Assembly: GCA_963805085.1 (NCBI GenBank)
Contig: CAWDTA010000002.1
Span: 1-64,000 of the forward strand
Source of the DNA: an uncultured Veillonellaceae bacterium
GTDB taxonomy: Bacteria > Bacillota > Negativicutes > JARBTT01
DNA: 64,000 nucleotides
Reading direction: 5' to 3'
Shown: piece by piece, positions 29,670-40,791 of the stretch
Layout: the number at the start of each line of letters is the position of its first letter
Numbering within the stretch: the stretch's first letter is position 1
Notes under the pieces: model-generated
The model's input: the letters and a program-made list of their open reading frames with translations, nothing else
Databases searched by the model: none
Told to the model about the DNA's origin: nothing
Program-made: the position numbers and the translations under genes

Positions 29670-30734
29670 TCAGTTATCTGTAACCATGCTTTCTATATAT
29701 ACCTTTGGATTTAATCCTATATACCAATGAGACTTATAAATAGCAGGTGATCTTCCTAGATTATTTATATGGACTTTACCAATCTTGATGTAGCCAGGCT
29801 CTAGGTTGTGTTGGTTTCCTGAAAAAATAATGCTCGGAATGACGCAATCCTGTGATATTATATTGTTTATTGTAATTCCAAATTTATGTGAATTATAAGC
29901 AAATACAGCACTTATTTTGCAACGTACAGCCATTAAAGTACCTATTTCAAAATTTTCTATCGTTTCATAGTCGTAATTAGGTTCAAAATCGATAGCAGCC
30001 GCTGGTAGTGTACCTGATATATCCTCTACGCGTAGGTTTTCTATGTAGCTGTCAAGAGCGGAAATCACGCTTACACCTTGTCGTCTACAATTTTTAATAG
30101 TAGTTTTTCCTTTCATATGGATGTACTGATTTCTGTCTGTTTCTCTGATACTACCAAGGTAAATACCATCTCCCCAACAATTTTCTATCATAGCGTTAGA
30201 GATGTCAACATATTGACTATTTTTTATACTGATACCCATTCCCCATTCCCCGGTTGTACCGTTATGCTGGTCTTTATCGCCTATGACATGGGGAGAAATC
30301 AAACCAACATGTTGAACATGATGAATGTTTATGACGGTATAGCTATCTGCCGCATTTGGGATGGCTTTTAACTTTGCGCCGCTGGAAAAATCCAGTGTAA
30401 CATTGGATTGCATAGTAATCCCGGTCAATGCGTCTACCATGTACGTAGCATCATCCGAAAATTTTAATACACCGCCGCCTGTTGCTGATATAAAAGCTAT
30501 GGCTTCATTGATTTGCTGCGTATTATCAGTACTGGCTGTTATTCCCAATTCAGCAGTCGTATAATTCTGTGATATAGAAAACGGCTGTGTTGCAGGCGTA
30601 TCGGCTGCATAAGTAACCTGTTCCTTGGGAATCATGCGATCTAAATCAATTTTTGACAACACAAGGTACGCTGTAATAACCACTAACGTTATGACTGCTG
30701 TTACAACAATTTTTTTTCCACAAGGCATGCACAC
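29670..30734 (-). CDS. Membrane-anchored right-handed beta-helix protein (polysaccharide lyase/hydrolase-like)
   Basis: N-terminal TM, DNTQQINEAI, GEWGMGI, CWGDGIYLG, RRQGVSVIS, IDFEPN. Confidence 0.8.
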   Translation of the reverse strand: MCMPCGKKIVVTAVITLVVITAYLVLSKIDLDRMIPKEQVTYAADTPATQPFSISQNYTTAELGITASTDNTQQINEAIAFISATGGGVLKFSDDATYMVDALTGITMQSNVTLDFSSGAKLKAIPNAADSYTVINIHHVQHVGLISPHVIGDKDQHNGTTGEWGMGISIKNSQYVDISNAMIENCWGDGIYLGSIRETDRNQYIHMKGKTTIKNCRRQGVSVISALDSYIENLRVEDISGTLPAAAIDFEPNYDYETIENFEIGTLMAVRCKISAVFAYNSHKFGITINNIISQDCVIPSIIFSGNQHNLEPGYIKIGKVHINNLGRSPAIYKSHWYIGLNPKVYIESMVTDN

Positions 30735-30834
30735 AATACCTCCTTCAACCTACATTGTCATATTGCTATATTATGTATAATATGCAAAATACCTTTTTAT
30801 TGGAATATCTAAAACAGGTATGTTTCAAATTTGC

Positions 30835-31980
30835 TCATAAATTATCTTCCCCTAAATACTTCCTCCAGACCATCCGATTCACAATCCCTGTGTAGCTCTG
30901 AATAATTTTAACCACTTTCACACTCACATTTTCATCAATATAGTTTGGCACGTCAACGCCTAAATCTCCATTAATATTCATCGTTGAAGCCATGTCCACG
31001 GCCTGCAATACCTGTTCTGTTGTTATACTACCAATGATAAAGTTACCTTTATCAAGTGCCTCAGGTCTTTCTGTACTGGTTCGGACAGATACCGCCGGAA
31101 ACTTGAAATAAGAAGCTTCCTCTGCAACAGTACCGCTGTCGGAAACCACACAAAAAGCACCGCGTTGCAAGTTGTTATAATCGAAAAAACCAAAAGGCTT
31201 CAAGTTATGAACATTAGGATGAAATTTAAAACCACGTTGTTCGATGAACTTTTTGCTTCTAGGATGCGTGCTGTAAATTATCGGCATATCATAATTTTCC
31301 GCCATCGCATTAACTGCATTCATCAAGGAAAAAAAGTTCTGTTCATTATCGATGTTTTCCTCCCGGTGAGCAGAGAGTAGAATATACTTTCCTTTCTCCA
31401 ATCCTAATGTTTTAAGAACTTTACTGCTGTTGATCTTATCAATATTAGTTGTCAACACTTCTGCCATCGGTGAACCTACTACATAAGTTCTCTCTTTTGG
31501 TACACCCTCATAATTGAGATAGCGTCTGGCATGCTCAGTATAACAAAGATTCACATCACTGGTGTGATCCACGATTTTGCGGTTGATTTCCTCCGGCAAA
31601 TTCTCGTCAAAGCATCTATTGCCAGCTTCCATATGGAAGATAGGTATTTTAAGCCTCTTTGCAGATATTACACATAGACATGAATTAGTATCACCAAGCA
31701 CCAAAATTGCATCCGGTTTTACCTCTGTCATCAATTCATAGGATTTTGCGATTATATTTCCAATGGTTTGTCCGAGATTATCACCCATTACACCAAGGTA
31801 ATAGTCTGGTTCTCTAAGCCCTAGTTCCTTAAAAAATACCTCATTTAGCGTATAGTCATAATTCTGTCCTGTATGTACTAGTACGTGATCAAAGTATATA
31901 TTACATTTCTTAATAATTTCTGATAATTTTATAATCTCCGGGCGAGTTCCGATAATTGTCATTACCTTCATCCTACTCAC
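30835..31980 (-). CDS. UDP-N-acetylhexosamine 2-epimerase (FnlC/WbjD/QnlB type)
   Basis: GTRPEIIK, HTGQNYD, LGDTNS, HMEAGNR, SDSGT. Confidence 0.92.
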   Translation of the reverse strand: MSRMKVMTIIGTRPEIIKLSEIIKKCNIYFDHVLVHTGQNYDYTLNEVFFKELGLREPDYYLGVMGDNLGQTIGNIIAKSYELMTEVKPDAILVLGDTNSCLCVISAKRLKIPIFHMEAGNRCFDENLPEEINRKIVDHTSDVNLCYTEHARRYLNYEGVPKERTYVVGSPMAEVLTTNIDKINSSKVLKTLGLEKGKYILLSAHREENIDNEQNFFSLMNAVNAMAENYDMPIIYSTHPRSKKFIEQRGFKFHPNVHNLKPFGFFDYNNLQRGAFCVVSDSGTVAEEASYFKFPAVSVRTSTERPEALDKGNFIIGSITTEQVLQAVDMASTMNINGDLGVDVPNYIDENVSVKVVKIIQSYTGIVNRMVWRKYLGEDNL

Positions 31981-31995
31981 TACTCCACCCCTCCC

Positions 31996-32850
31996 CTATC
32001 TAAAATAATGAGGATACAGCTCTTTATGACTATAAATCCAATCCTTCATTTCTATAATCATCTGCTCATAACTAGGCACTTGAAAGGCAAAATCCTTTCT
32101 GTTATTGACAAGTGATTTATCCAAATCCACTGCCTCATTCTCTCTAATAGAAAGTTTCCCATTTTTCATCTGCTTGTTGAAAAGTCCAAGCAGATCGAAC
32201 TTGCTAATGCTCTCATTATTCACGAGATTATAAATTCCCGTCAAATTCTCAACGGCTGCTCTCTCCATGGCTTTAGCAAGCGTTAATGTAGTAACTCCTG
32301 TCCATATAGCCTTAGTGTAACCGTTAATGGTTCCACTCTGCTTCATAAACCAATTAAAGAGTCCAATTCCATTCTCCTTCATGTCAGGACCAATAATTGA
32401 GTTACGAAAAGTTAAATTCTTATCATCTTCAACCTCCCCCAAAGCTTTCGTTCTATCATAGAAGGTCTCGCCATCTCGCATACTATTCTCTCTATAGGGG
32501 CCTGATTTTCCGGAGAATACACAGTCAGTACTCATTTGAATCAATTTGGTCTTCGTACCTCCCAGTGTATCCGAGAGCAGATGTGGTAGATAGCTGTTGA
32601 GATACACCGCCCTAGATGGCTCACTATCACATGCTTGATTCAAAACGCCGATGCAGTTTAGCACTACATCATACTCGACATCTCGCAGCATCGATATGAT
32701 GAAATCCTTATCCATTGCATCCCCGTTAATATTTTTACAATAAGGAAATGAATTAGTAGAAAAAGCGGTTACACTATGTCCTTGTTCTTGCAGATATAAT
32801 GAGATAGTGTGTCCTGCCATTCCAGTTGCACCCAAAATTAATATTTCCAT
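31996..32850 (-). CDS. RmlD-like NDP-4-keto-6-deoxyhexose reductase (QnlA/WbvR type)
   Basis: ILGATGMAG, STDCVFSG, YDRTKALGE. Confidence 0.85.
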   Translation of the reverse strand: MEILILGATGMAGHTISLYLQEQGHSVTAFSTNSFPYCKNINGDAMDKDFIISMLRDVEYDVVLNCIGVLNQACDSEPSRAVYLNSYLPHLLSDTLGGTKTKLIQMSTDCVFSGKSGPYRENSMRDGETFYDRTKALGEVEDDKNLTFRNSIIGPDMKENGIGLFNWFMKQSGTINGYTKAIWTGVTTLTLAKAMERAAVENLTGIYNLVNNESISKFDLLGLFNKQMKNGKLSIRENEAVDLDKSLVNNRKDFAFQVPSYEQMIIEMKDWIYSHKELYPHYFR

Positions 32851-32865
32851 TTTTCCTCCACAAAT

Positions 32866-33570
32866 CTATAGTCTTTTAGCATCCCAATTTATATCATATT
32901 TGACGATTTTAACTGGATTTCCAGCAATTACAATATTAGATTCATCAAATTTTTTTGTAACTACTGCCCCCGCTGCAACAATTGAATTTTCGCTTACAAT
33001 CGTACCTTTCAACAACACGGCTCTATATCCTACCCATACATGATTATCTAATACAATATTCTGCGACGGGTTAATCCTGTGAGCCTCCAAATCTAGAATT
33101 GAATGACTATCCCCTGTCATTAAGCGAATCTCGCTAGAAAACAAGCAATTTTCTCCAATAAGGATTGATGTGCCTTCAATACAATCGAAAAAAATCTCTC
33201 CAGATAATATGCTTTGCTTGCCAATTATTATCTTGTTATTATCGTCTTCAAAGCAAAAAGTGGCATCTTTTGCAGTAACGCTTTCTTTGATTTCAATAAT
33301 ATTGTTATTCCCTTTGAAGTTAAATCTAACGTTATTCAATCTGCATCTAGAACCGATTATCAACGTGTTATTTTTTCCCTGGTTTTTTATAATTACTTTC
33401 TTAAGTATTGAGGAGTTAATCACTATTTGATTGTCTTTTCCAATATTCAATTTGTTATGCCCCCAAAAGCGATTATAAATCATAAGTAAAGGTAGTTTGT
33501 TACTGAACATAATGCTTTTGATATGATGTTTTATGAACTGCTTTAAAGATCTTTTTTGTGTTCTTTCCAT
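32866..33570 (-). CDS. Hexapeptide-repeat O-acyltransferase
   Basis: IGENCLFS, DSHSI, HVWVG, AGNPVKIVK. Confidence 0.85.
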   Translation of the reverse strand: MERTQKRSLKQFIKHHIKSIMFSNKLPLLMIYNRFWGHNKLNIGKDNQIVINSSILKKVIIKNQGKNNTLIIGSRCRLNNVRFNFKGNNNIIEIKESVTAKDATFCFEDDNNKIIIGKQSILSGEIFFDCIEGTSILIGENCLFSSEIRLMTGDSHSILDLEAHRINPSQNIVLDNHVWVGYRAVLLKGTIVSENSIVAAGAVVTKKFDESNIVIAGNPVKIVKYDINWDAKRL

Positions 33571-34577
33571 GCTGCAAACTCCTCTTGTATATAACCCAAG
33601 GACAATAATATATTTTTCACTTCTTCAATGTTTAATCTATAAGTGTTATGAGAATCGTATTCATCTGTCGTAGAAAGCTGTTCATTTCCTTGTATAAAAT
33701 AATTATCATAATTTAAGTCGCGGTTATCGGCTGGAACTCGAAAGTAGTTGCCCATATCCCTTGCTTTGAAATATTCTTCTTTAGTCAACAGAGTTTCATA
33801 TACTTTTTCACCATGACGAGTGCCAATGATTTTGATTTCATGCTCAGGATCAAAAATTTGCCTAATCGCTTCGGCTAAATCTCCCACTGTACTGGCGGGA
33901 GATTTCTGTACTACTATATCTCCAGCCTGAGCATATTGGAATGCATATATTACAAGCTCAACAGCTTCCTCTATGCTCATCAAATATCTCGTCATGTTAG
34001 GATCAGTAACAGTCATAGGCTCTCCCGACTTAATCTGTTGGACGAAAAGAGGAATAACAGACCCCCTTGAAGCCATTACATTTCCATAACGAGTCACACA
34101 GATGGTTGTTTGCTCCGGTGCTACTGTACGCGATTTTGCGGCCACGATTTTTTCCATCAATGCCTTTGAAATACCCATTGAGTTGATAGGATAGGCCGCT
34201 TTGTCTGTTGAGAGGCAGATACACTTTTTAACACCATATTCAATAGCAGCCGTCAACACATTTTCTGTACCTAATACATTTGTTTTTACAGCCTCTAGAG
34301 GGAAAAATTCACAACTTGGCACTTGCTTTAATGCTGCTGCATGAAACAAATAGTCCACACCATGCATCGCATTCCTAACACTAGCCAAGTCACGAACGTC
34401 TCCAATATAATATTTGATTTTATCGTTATGGTAGGCACGGCGCATGTCATCCTGCTTCTTTTCATCGCGTGAGAAGATGCGGATTTCGCCAATATTAGTA
34501 TTTAGGAAACGGTCGAGAACAGCGTTGCCAAAAGAACCTGTACCACCTGTAATTAATAAAGTCTTATCTTTAAACAT
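33543..34577 (-). CDS. fnlA: UDP-GlcNAc 4,6-dehydratase/epimerase (FnlA/WbjB)
   Basis: ITGGTGSFG, SRDEKKQDDMR, AALKQVPSCEFFP, RYGNVMASRGSVIP. Confidence 0.92.
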   Translation of the reverse strand: MFKDKTLLITGGTGSFGNAVLDRFLNTNIGEIRIFSRDEKKQDDMRRAYHNDKIKYYIGDVRDLASVRNAMHGVDYLFHAAALKQVPSCEFFPLEAVKTNVLGTENVLTAAIEYGVKKCICLSTDKAAYPINSMGISKALMEKIVAAKSRTVAPEQTTICVTRYGNVMASRGSVIPLFVQQIKSGEPMTVTDPNMTRYLMSIEEAVELVIYAFQYAQAGDIVVQKSPASTVGDLAEAIRQIFDPEHEIKIIGTRHGEKVYETLLTKEEYFKARDMGNYFRVPADNRDLNYDNYFIQGNEQLSTTDEYDSHNTYRLNIEEVKNILLSLGYIQEEFAAWKEHKKDL

Positions 34578-35943
34578 TTTCTATTCCCCCAAATTTTAAA
34601 TTATAAATATCTTTTTTGATATATCGTGGCTGCAAAATACAATAAGGTAAAAGAATAAACATGTTTGCTAAAATTACAATAATCCAACTATTGCATATTT
34701 TTATTCCGAAATATACAATAACAAACTTACAAATTACTGCAACTGTATAACATATGGCTTGAAGTCTCATTTTTCCCATTCCACACACTATTGTTGACAA
34801 CACACTTTGATAAATAAATAAACTTCCATAGAGTGCAAATATTATGGCAAACAAATAATTAACTGAAATGGTACTTCCACCTAACCACATATTAATAATA
34901 AATTGTAAAAATGGGATCATTGACAATTCACAGCCAACAGCCAAAATAACCATATAATTAAGTATTTTGTAAGTTTTTTCCAGCCAGACGACGTCTTTTT
35001 CGATTAGAGCTTGTGTTATCGCCGACCACATCGGTACTAAAGCAAGCATGAAAAGTGAGCCGACTAGTGTAAACAATTTATTATAAATTTGGTATTCTAC
35101 TACATATTCTGGCCCTGAAAATTGCGTAATAAAAAATTCATTTGTTACGGTAATAATCATGTACATTATTTGATTCCAAAAAAAAATACCGCCCAACGTC
35201 AGCACGCCGATTGCTTTAAATTTATCAAAGCATTTAAAATTAGGTGCACAGTTTCTTAACTCTGTATGAAATACAATAATTGAGGCACCTATCAGTGGTA
35301 CATTTACGAAAGCCACATATGCAAGGGAGAGCATCTTTAGATTTGTTTCAATGTCATATGTTGGCACCAGTAAAATAAAAATCAATTGCGTAACACTCGT
35401 TATGAGTGCTAATAGGTTTGTTACTGCTGATTTTTGCATTGCATACAGAATCGATGAAATCAGTCTCAATAAAAACTGCAACATTACACCGGTAAAAATA
35501 CATCGTACTGTAAAAAGCATGGTTTCCTCTGAGATAGTACTCTTATCTACGTTAAATACCAGATTCCAATCTATAAAATGTGAAATTAGAAATCCCAGAA
35601 AAGTTGTAATGATAACAATTCCTGCATTTATAATATACGCTGATGATATATAGGTTTTTATTTCCTCTTTATCACCAGCAATAACAGCACCGACCAATTT
35701 ATTTCTGAGCCCATTTCCAATTCCAAAATCGAAGGATAAAACCCATATCATAACCGACAAAACTGTAAACCACAATCCCAATACTATTTGATTATCAAAA
35801 TATCTGATATATGCGGGCATCGTAAACAGGGATATTAACAGTGCCCCCCCTTTTATCGCAAAAGTTCCAAACATGTTTTTGATAACTTGTTGATCTTTTT
35901 CTTCTTTTATAAACCGTGATATTACTCCACTTCTATTCATCAT
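34570..35943 (-). CDS. wzx: Oligosaccharide flippase
   Basis: About 12 TM segments, FDFGIGNGLRN motif, EPS context. Confidence 0.85.
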   Translation of the reverse strand: MMNRSGVISRFIKEEKDQQVIKNMFGTFAIKGGALLISLFTMPAYIRYFDNQIVLGLWFTVLSVMIWVLSFDFGIGNGLRNKLVGAVIAGDKEEIKTYISSAYIINAGIVIITTFLGFLISHFIDWNLVFNVDKSTISEETMLFTVRCIFTGVMLQFLLRLISSILYAMQKSAVTNLLALITSVTQLIFILLVPTYDIETNLKMLSLAYVAFVNVPLIGASIIVFHTELRNCAPNFKCFDKFKAIGVLTLGGIFFWNQIMYMIITVTNEFFITQFSGPEYVVEYQIYNKLFTLVGSLFMLALVPMWSAITQALIEKDVVWLEKTYKILNYMVILAVGCELSMIPFLQFIINMWLGGSTISVNYLFAIIFALYGSLFIYQSVLSTIVCGMGKMRLQAICYTVAVICKFVIVYFGIKICNSWIIVILANMFILLPYCILQPRYIKKDIYNLKFGGIENV

Positions 35944-35954
35944 CTTCTCCAGTA

Positions 35955-37094
35955 TTAACAGATTAATTTACTTATCCTGATAACGAAATTACTGTTTAAT
36001 TCTTGTATCTTTTTTCTGCTATCATATTCGATAGTGAAATTGATATTTTTGATTGCTGCCGCAATATCTTTCGGTGTATCATTATCATAAAAATACATCA
36101 TATTCCCAATCTCAGATTGTTCGATAGCCTTAATTCTAATAGATACAACCCTTAAACCATTAGCCAAATAAGACAGCACTTTAGATGGAAAAGATGTTTC
36201 GTTATATGCAGCATCTGGTGACTGTGTGGATAATCCTATCTCGCATTTTTGTAAAAACCGAATATACTCTTCTCCCTTCAGAAGTCCATCATATGTCACT
36301 TTGCATTCAGTCATCTTTGAAGTTTTTTCAATCATATCCAACAAAATTTTTTTATTTCTTTCATTCCCAAAACCAATAATATGAATGTGGTAATTATTAT
36401 CAAGGTACATGGCAGCAGCAACAGCGGCAGCTCCTCCGCCTTTGTGATTGTCAATAATCCCAGCATAAACTATATGAATCTTCCCATCGTTAAATTTGCA
36501 TTTTTTATTTTTCTCAACCAGATAAGTACCATAATTGATTGCATAAGGTTGGTTTCTTTTATTTAACTTTTCAGCAAGTAGTTCTGTAGAAAAAATATAT
36601 TTATCCGCCGACAAAAACATTTTATATTCAAGCTTATTAATGCGTTTAGAATACTGCATAACATCGCAATAAATTTCATTAGCTTCTAGTATTAGGTTGA
36701 ACTTTATTATTGCTTTGGCCCACAATACCGGTCTTATTAAAAATAACGAATGGTATACGAAAACATCTTCATTTCTTTTTGTATTTCTTAGAAGATAAAA
36801 AAACAACCAAATATATGTATAAATTACTCTAATCCCTCTCATCAGCCTACTTGCTGCACTAAAGCTGGGCGCAAAAGTAATAGTTTTTGATTCACTTTCC
36901 CTTATAGTATATTGTTTAGAATAACCTCTTTTGTCGTCACTGAACCATGCAGGAGAAACGATATTTACTTCATAGCCTGCAGCATTTATAGCACAACTGA
37001 TGTAGTCCATTTTATTAGTTGCAGCTATCGAGCCAACTCGAACAAAATTATTTATATCTTTAATATAAAAACCAATATATTTTATTGATTTCAA
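35955..37094 (-). CDS. Glycosyltransferase (GT-B)
   Basis: IVYAG, SFPSKVLSYLANG. Confidence 0.85.
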   Translation of the reverse strand: MKSIKYIGFYIKDINNFVRVGSIAATNKMDYISCAINAAGYEVNIVSPAWFSDDKRGYSKQYTIRESESKTITFAPSFSAASRLMRGIRVIYTYIWLFFYLLRNTKRNEDVFVYHSLFLIRPVLWAKAIIKFNLILEANEIYCDVMQYSKRINKLEYKMFLSADKYIFSTELLAEKLNKRNQPYAINYGTYLVEKNKKCKFNDGKIHIVYAGIIDNHKGGGAAAVAAAMYLDNNYHIHIIGFGNERNKKILLDMIEKTSKMTECKVTYDGLLKGEEYIRFLQKCEIGLSTQSPDAAYNETSFPSKVLSYLANGLRVVSIRIKAIEQSEIGNMMYFYDNDTPKDIAAAIKNINFTIEYDSRKKIQELNSNFVIRISKLIC

Positions 37095-37140
37095 TTAATG
37101 GTATCTCCTCTCCACAGAAATTGCACTCATCCACGATTAC

Positions 37141-38211
37141 TTATTGCCAGAAAAAGCGATAATTTTCTAGTTCTGAAACTCTAATTATTTCATAAAAAAA
37201 CCATATAATAGAAGTCAAGGTATACGCACTCATACCAATAAGTTGGATTATACGATTATGAATCACACTTAAGATATTGGGAATATATATAATCATAAAT
37301 ATAAAATTGTAAAAATATAGCCGCATTACTACTGGATTAAATTGGGTAATGGGTAATATGATTGCAGATGCAATCATCATAAAAAAAAAGTATTTATTAT
37401 AATCATTTTCTTTTATAAATGGTATTCTATAAACTATCCCTAATATTACAGAAAAGACAATAAAGAAATACATTCCGAAGCCGCCTGTTATTTCTGCGCC
37501 GTATTCAAGCCTTGCATAAATATTTAAGATTCCTCTAATCTTATCTTGTAGCCCAAATAAAACTATTGCCACTACAATAAATAGCAATAGTATTTTTTTG
37601 TTTAATTTAAACTTTACAAACCAATAACACGGCAAAAATATTAACGCTGTTACATGAAATGTAGAAGCTAATATAGTTGAAATTAAAAATTTTTTTAAGT
37701 TCTTCTCTTTCATATATTCAAAAGCTATTATAACAATAGACATTGCTATCGTTTGTCTTATTGCTGACATACCAAAAGTATAAAACCCAAACCCTATAAA
37801 AAGGATATAACTCATTAGTGGACTGTTTGAATACTTATATATAAGGCGTGAGACCACACCAACATATAGAATAGCAACAAAGATTAAAACAAATTGAAAG
37901 TCTCCAAAAAGTTGCTCTATAGTATATTGGAGTAGCCTGTAGCCAGGCTCTACTTGACCTGCAACAAATAATTCTGAAAAACTCAACTGTTTAATCTTGT
38001 CATATGTGTTTTCGTATTGAAATGTATCTATGCCAACAGATACGTCTCTTAGCCCAGCAACTGCAATTAACATGAAAGATACAATATAGATGTATATCCA
38101 ATTATTTACTCTTATTGTTTTGCCGGGTACAAGAACCGTTTTTGTTCTAAACAGAGGATATATTACTATTAAAATAAGTATCATCAACGCATATACAATC
38201 ATTTCAAACAC
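37141..38211 (-). CDS. wzy: EpsG-family polysaccharide polymerase
   Basis: GLRDVSVGIDT..Y, EPGY, IRQTIA, FHVTA. Confidence 0.85.
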   Translation of the reverse strand: MFEMIVYALMILILIVIYPLFRTKTVLVPGKTIRVNNWIYIYIVSFMLIAVAGLRDVSVGIDTFQYENTYDKIKQLSFSELFVAGQVEPGYRLLQYTIEQLFGDFQFVLIFVAILYVGVVSRLIYKYSNSPLMSYILFIGFGFYTFGMSAIRQTIAMSIVIIAFEYMKEKNLKKFLISTILASTFHVTALIFLPCYWFVKFKLNKKILLLFIVVAIVLFGLQDKIRGILNIYARLEYGAEITGGFGMYFFIVFSVILGIVYRIPFIKENDYNKYFFFMMIASAIILPITQFNPVVMRLYFYNFIFMIIYIPNILSVIHNRIIQLIGMSAYTLTSIIWFFYEIIRVSELENYRFFWQ

Positions 38212-39431
38212 CTTTGATATAGTTTTATATATTTCTCACACATTGATGTTTTAGAATATACTTTACTTGCTGTTGTAGAAATCGCATCACCATATCCGTA
38301 TTCTCGTTTTTTATTTAGCCACTTCTTGACAAGAATCTCTAGTGCATCAATATCTCCTTGCCTCGTGAATGCGCTATAGTCCCCTAAAGATATAGTTTCA
38401 GGCGCCCCCGCTTCAAATCCCACTACAGGTGTGCCACAAGCCAACGATTCAGCACAAATCATTGAAAAAGTTTCTTTTTTACTCGTTAATAAAGTTAAAT
38501 CTGCCATCGAATAGTATACTGCTAATTCTGCTTGATTTTCAGTGTATTTCACAGGGATTACATTCTTAGGCAATTTACTTATATCGCTGTTATAACCGAC
38601 TATTATTACTTTGACATTATCGCTTAGCATTCTATCTGCAATCTGTAATACATAATTTCCGCCCTTTATTGGGCTTAGAAAGTTAGGTGTTACATGCAAA
38701 ATCACTTTTTCGTTTTTTATTTTATGTGTTTTTTTTATTACACTATAATCTGTCGGTCTAAAAGTATTCACTGTATCTAAACCATTTGTAACAACTACAA
38801 ACTCCTTTTCTTTTAAAAATGGTGATTGTTTGGCCCTGTCTAGAAGCCATCCCGAAACAGGCACTATGATCAAATTATTAAATCCATCAAAGGCTTCGGC
38901 CATCAGCCTCCACTCCTGTGCACTTCTATCAAAAATTTTGGATGAGGGTCTGCCATTACCTGCTTGAGGGCATCTACCACAACCTATTTTCCATTTTTCA
39001 CACTCTAATGCATGCCCACACCCCGCAGTATGCATAAATTCAGCATGAAGTGTTAAAACTGTCGGTATATTATTGACTTTGAGAAAGTTAAGTAATTTGT
39101 ATATGTTGACCGTGTATGAATTTATACAATGTAAATGTACTATATCAGGTCTTTCTCTTTTAATTATATTTATTAAATTCTTTGTTGAGATATAGCACCC
39201 AGCATACGCATAACCAGTAATCTTTGACCATAATGACTGCAGCTTCATTATTAATTCTGGTGCTATCTTATACACATACTGCTCATTTAACGCCTTTCCT
39301 CTGCCAAAACATACAACTGATTCGTAGCCATTCTCTAACAAATGCGTATGTATATCATGAACTATCTTTCCTGTACTTCCAATAGGATAAACTGCATTTA
39401 TTTGGATGATTTTCATTGACTTACTCCTCAT
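38199..39431 (-). CDS. Glycosyltransferase family 4
   Basis: GSTGKI, PDIVHLH, ETFSMICAESLACGTPV. Confidence 0.9.
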   Translation of the reverse strand: MRSKSMKIIQINAVYPIGSTGKIVHDIHTHLLENGYESVVCFGRGKALNEQYVYKIAPELIMKLQSLWSKITGYAYAGCYISTKNLINIIKRERPDIVHLHCINSYTVNIYKLLNFLKVNNIPTVLTLHAEFMHTAGCGHALECEKWKIGCGRCPQAGNGRPSSKIFDRSAQEWRLMAEAFDGFNNLIIVPVSGWLLDRAKQSPFLKEKEFVVVTNGLDTVNTFRPTDYSVIKKTHKIKNEKVILHVTPNFLSPIKGGNYVLQIADRMLSDNVKVIIVGYNSDISKLPKNVIPVKYTENQAELAVYYSMADLTLLTSKKETFSMICAESLACGTPVVGFEAGAPETISLGDYSAFTRQGDIDALEILVKKWLNKKREYGYGDAISTTASKVYSKTSMCEKYIKLYQRCLK

Positions 39432-39442
39432 ATACTTAGGAA

Positions 39443-40765
39443 TTATGACATTACTTTAGAAAGAATTTGTCCGAAGTCATTCTCCAACATTTTCCTGTTT
39501 ACATTTATATTATGGTGAATACGTGCATATTGATTTAACTTCTCTGAGTTTTCTATAATGCAATTACGGTCATTAATTATCTCTTTAAGCAGACTGCCAA
39601 GCATTTTTATATCATTTACTACTATTACACCATCTATATTGCTTAAATATTCTATTGAGGCTATATTGCTAGGACCTATTGCCATCATACAGCTTCCACT
39701 CTGCATACAATCAATAATCTTAGTTGAGAATGATAGCTTTGTAGTCTTGGCTTGCATTTTATCGAATGATTCAACATGTAGCACAATATCCGCTCGTTGC
39801 AATACTTTTTTCACATCATCATAGGGAATCGTACCCATTATTCGCGAAGACTCAGTTCTGTTCAAAGCAGCATCTATTTCTTGCGTTATAGTCGTGGTCG
39901 TATATATTTCCAGAACCATTTTCGCAAAATCCTCATTAATTTTGACTATCTCATCTGCCAGTACTTTTAATATACGCCAACGGCCAAAGAAGAGATTACC
40001 AGCATACACAAGTTTTATGGGAGACGATACACTTTCTTTTTTGACACAGTTATTAAACGAACAACCTTTATACAATGGTTCTATGCGTTTGTCAAAATAT
40101 TTTTCGTATTCTTCGCACAGAAGTGGTGAGCAACCATATAATTTAACCGCTTTCTTTACAGAATTTTTAATCGTGCGGCGCAAAATGTATTGATAAAAAT
40201 ATCGAAGCGGCGAATATGTTTTATGACTATATATATCATCTGCAAAGAACAAGACTAATGACGCATTCGTTTTTTCCAAAGAATAACTAATAATTTTCTG
40301 CAGATATATAGGGTCAGCAGCAGCAGCGAAGATTATATCTATTTTATTTTCGTTAAGAAAGCTATCTAATTGCTTGTTTCTCCATCCACCGAGATTCCAT
40401 AATATTTCTCTTGCAATAAGTGAAATTGTTCCTCCTTTTTCCCTGAAAAAATCTAATATTTGTTTTTCTCGCTGATAAAAACTTTCATATACTTTTGATT
40501 CTCTTTTTTTATTGATATCGGAGCATGAAAATTGACGCCCTATTTTATCCGGAGAAAAAATATATTTTAACAAATTCCTTTCGGTTATATTAAAGTAAGA
40601 ACAACAGACATCATTCTGTGGTAACTCTTCTCTACAATAAATGTTATAGAAATTCACATCATTCCATCCCCCGAAGAAATTAGAAAGCGTATTTCCAAAG
40701 GCATTAGTTTCTACCCATGGTGACTTAGTTACTACTAAAATATTTTTACTATCTTTATTTTTCAA
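39443..40765 (-). CDS. Putative glycosyltransferase
   Basis: VYAGNL, VESFD, SFSTKIIDCM; EPS context. Confidence 0.75.
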   Translation of the reverse strand: MKNKDSKNILVVTKSPWVETNAFGNTLSNFFGGWNDVNFYNIYCREELPQNDVCCSYFNITERNLLKYIFSPDKIGRQFSCSDINKKRESKVYESFYQREKQILDFFREKGGTISLIAREILWNLGGWRNKQLDSFLNENKIDIIFAAAADPIYLQKIISYSLEKTNASLVLFFADDIYSHKTYSPLRYFYQYILRRTIKNSVKKAVKLYGCSPLLCEEYEKYFDKRIEPLYKGCSFNNCVKKESVSSPIKLVYAGNLFFGRWRILKVLADEIVKINEDFAKMVLEIYTTTTITQEIDAALNRTESSRIMGTIPYDDVKKVLQRADIVLHVESFDKMQAKTTKLSFSTKIIDCMQSGSCMMAIGPSNIASIEYLSNIDGVIVVNDIKMLGSLLKEIINDRNCIIENSEKLNQYARIHHNINVNRKMLENDFGQILSKVMS

Positions 40766-40791
40766 TTAATTCACCCATTTTTATTTTGTTT

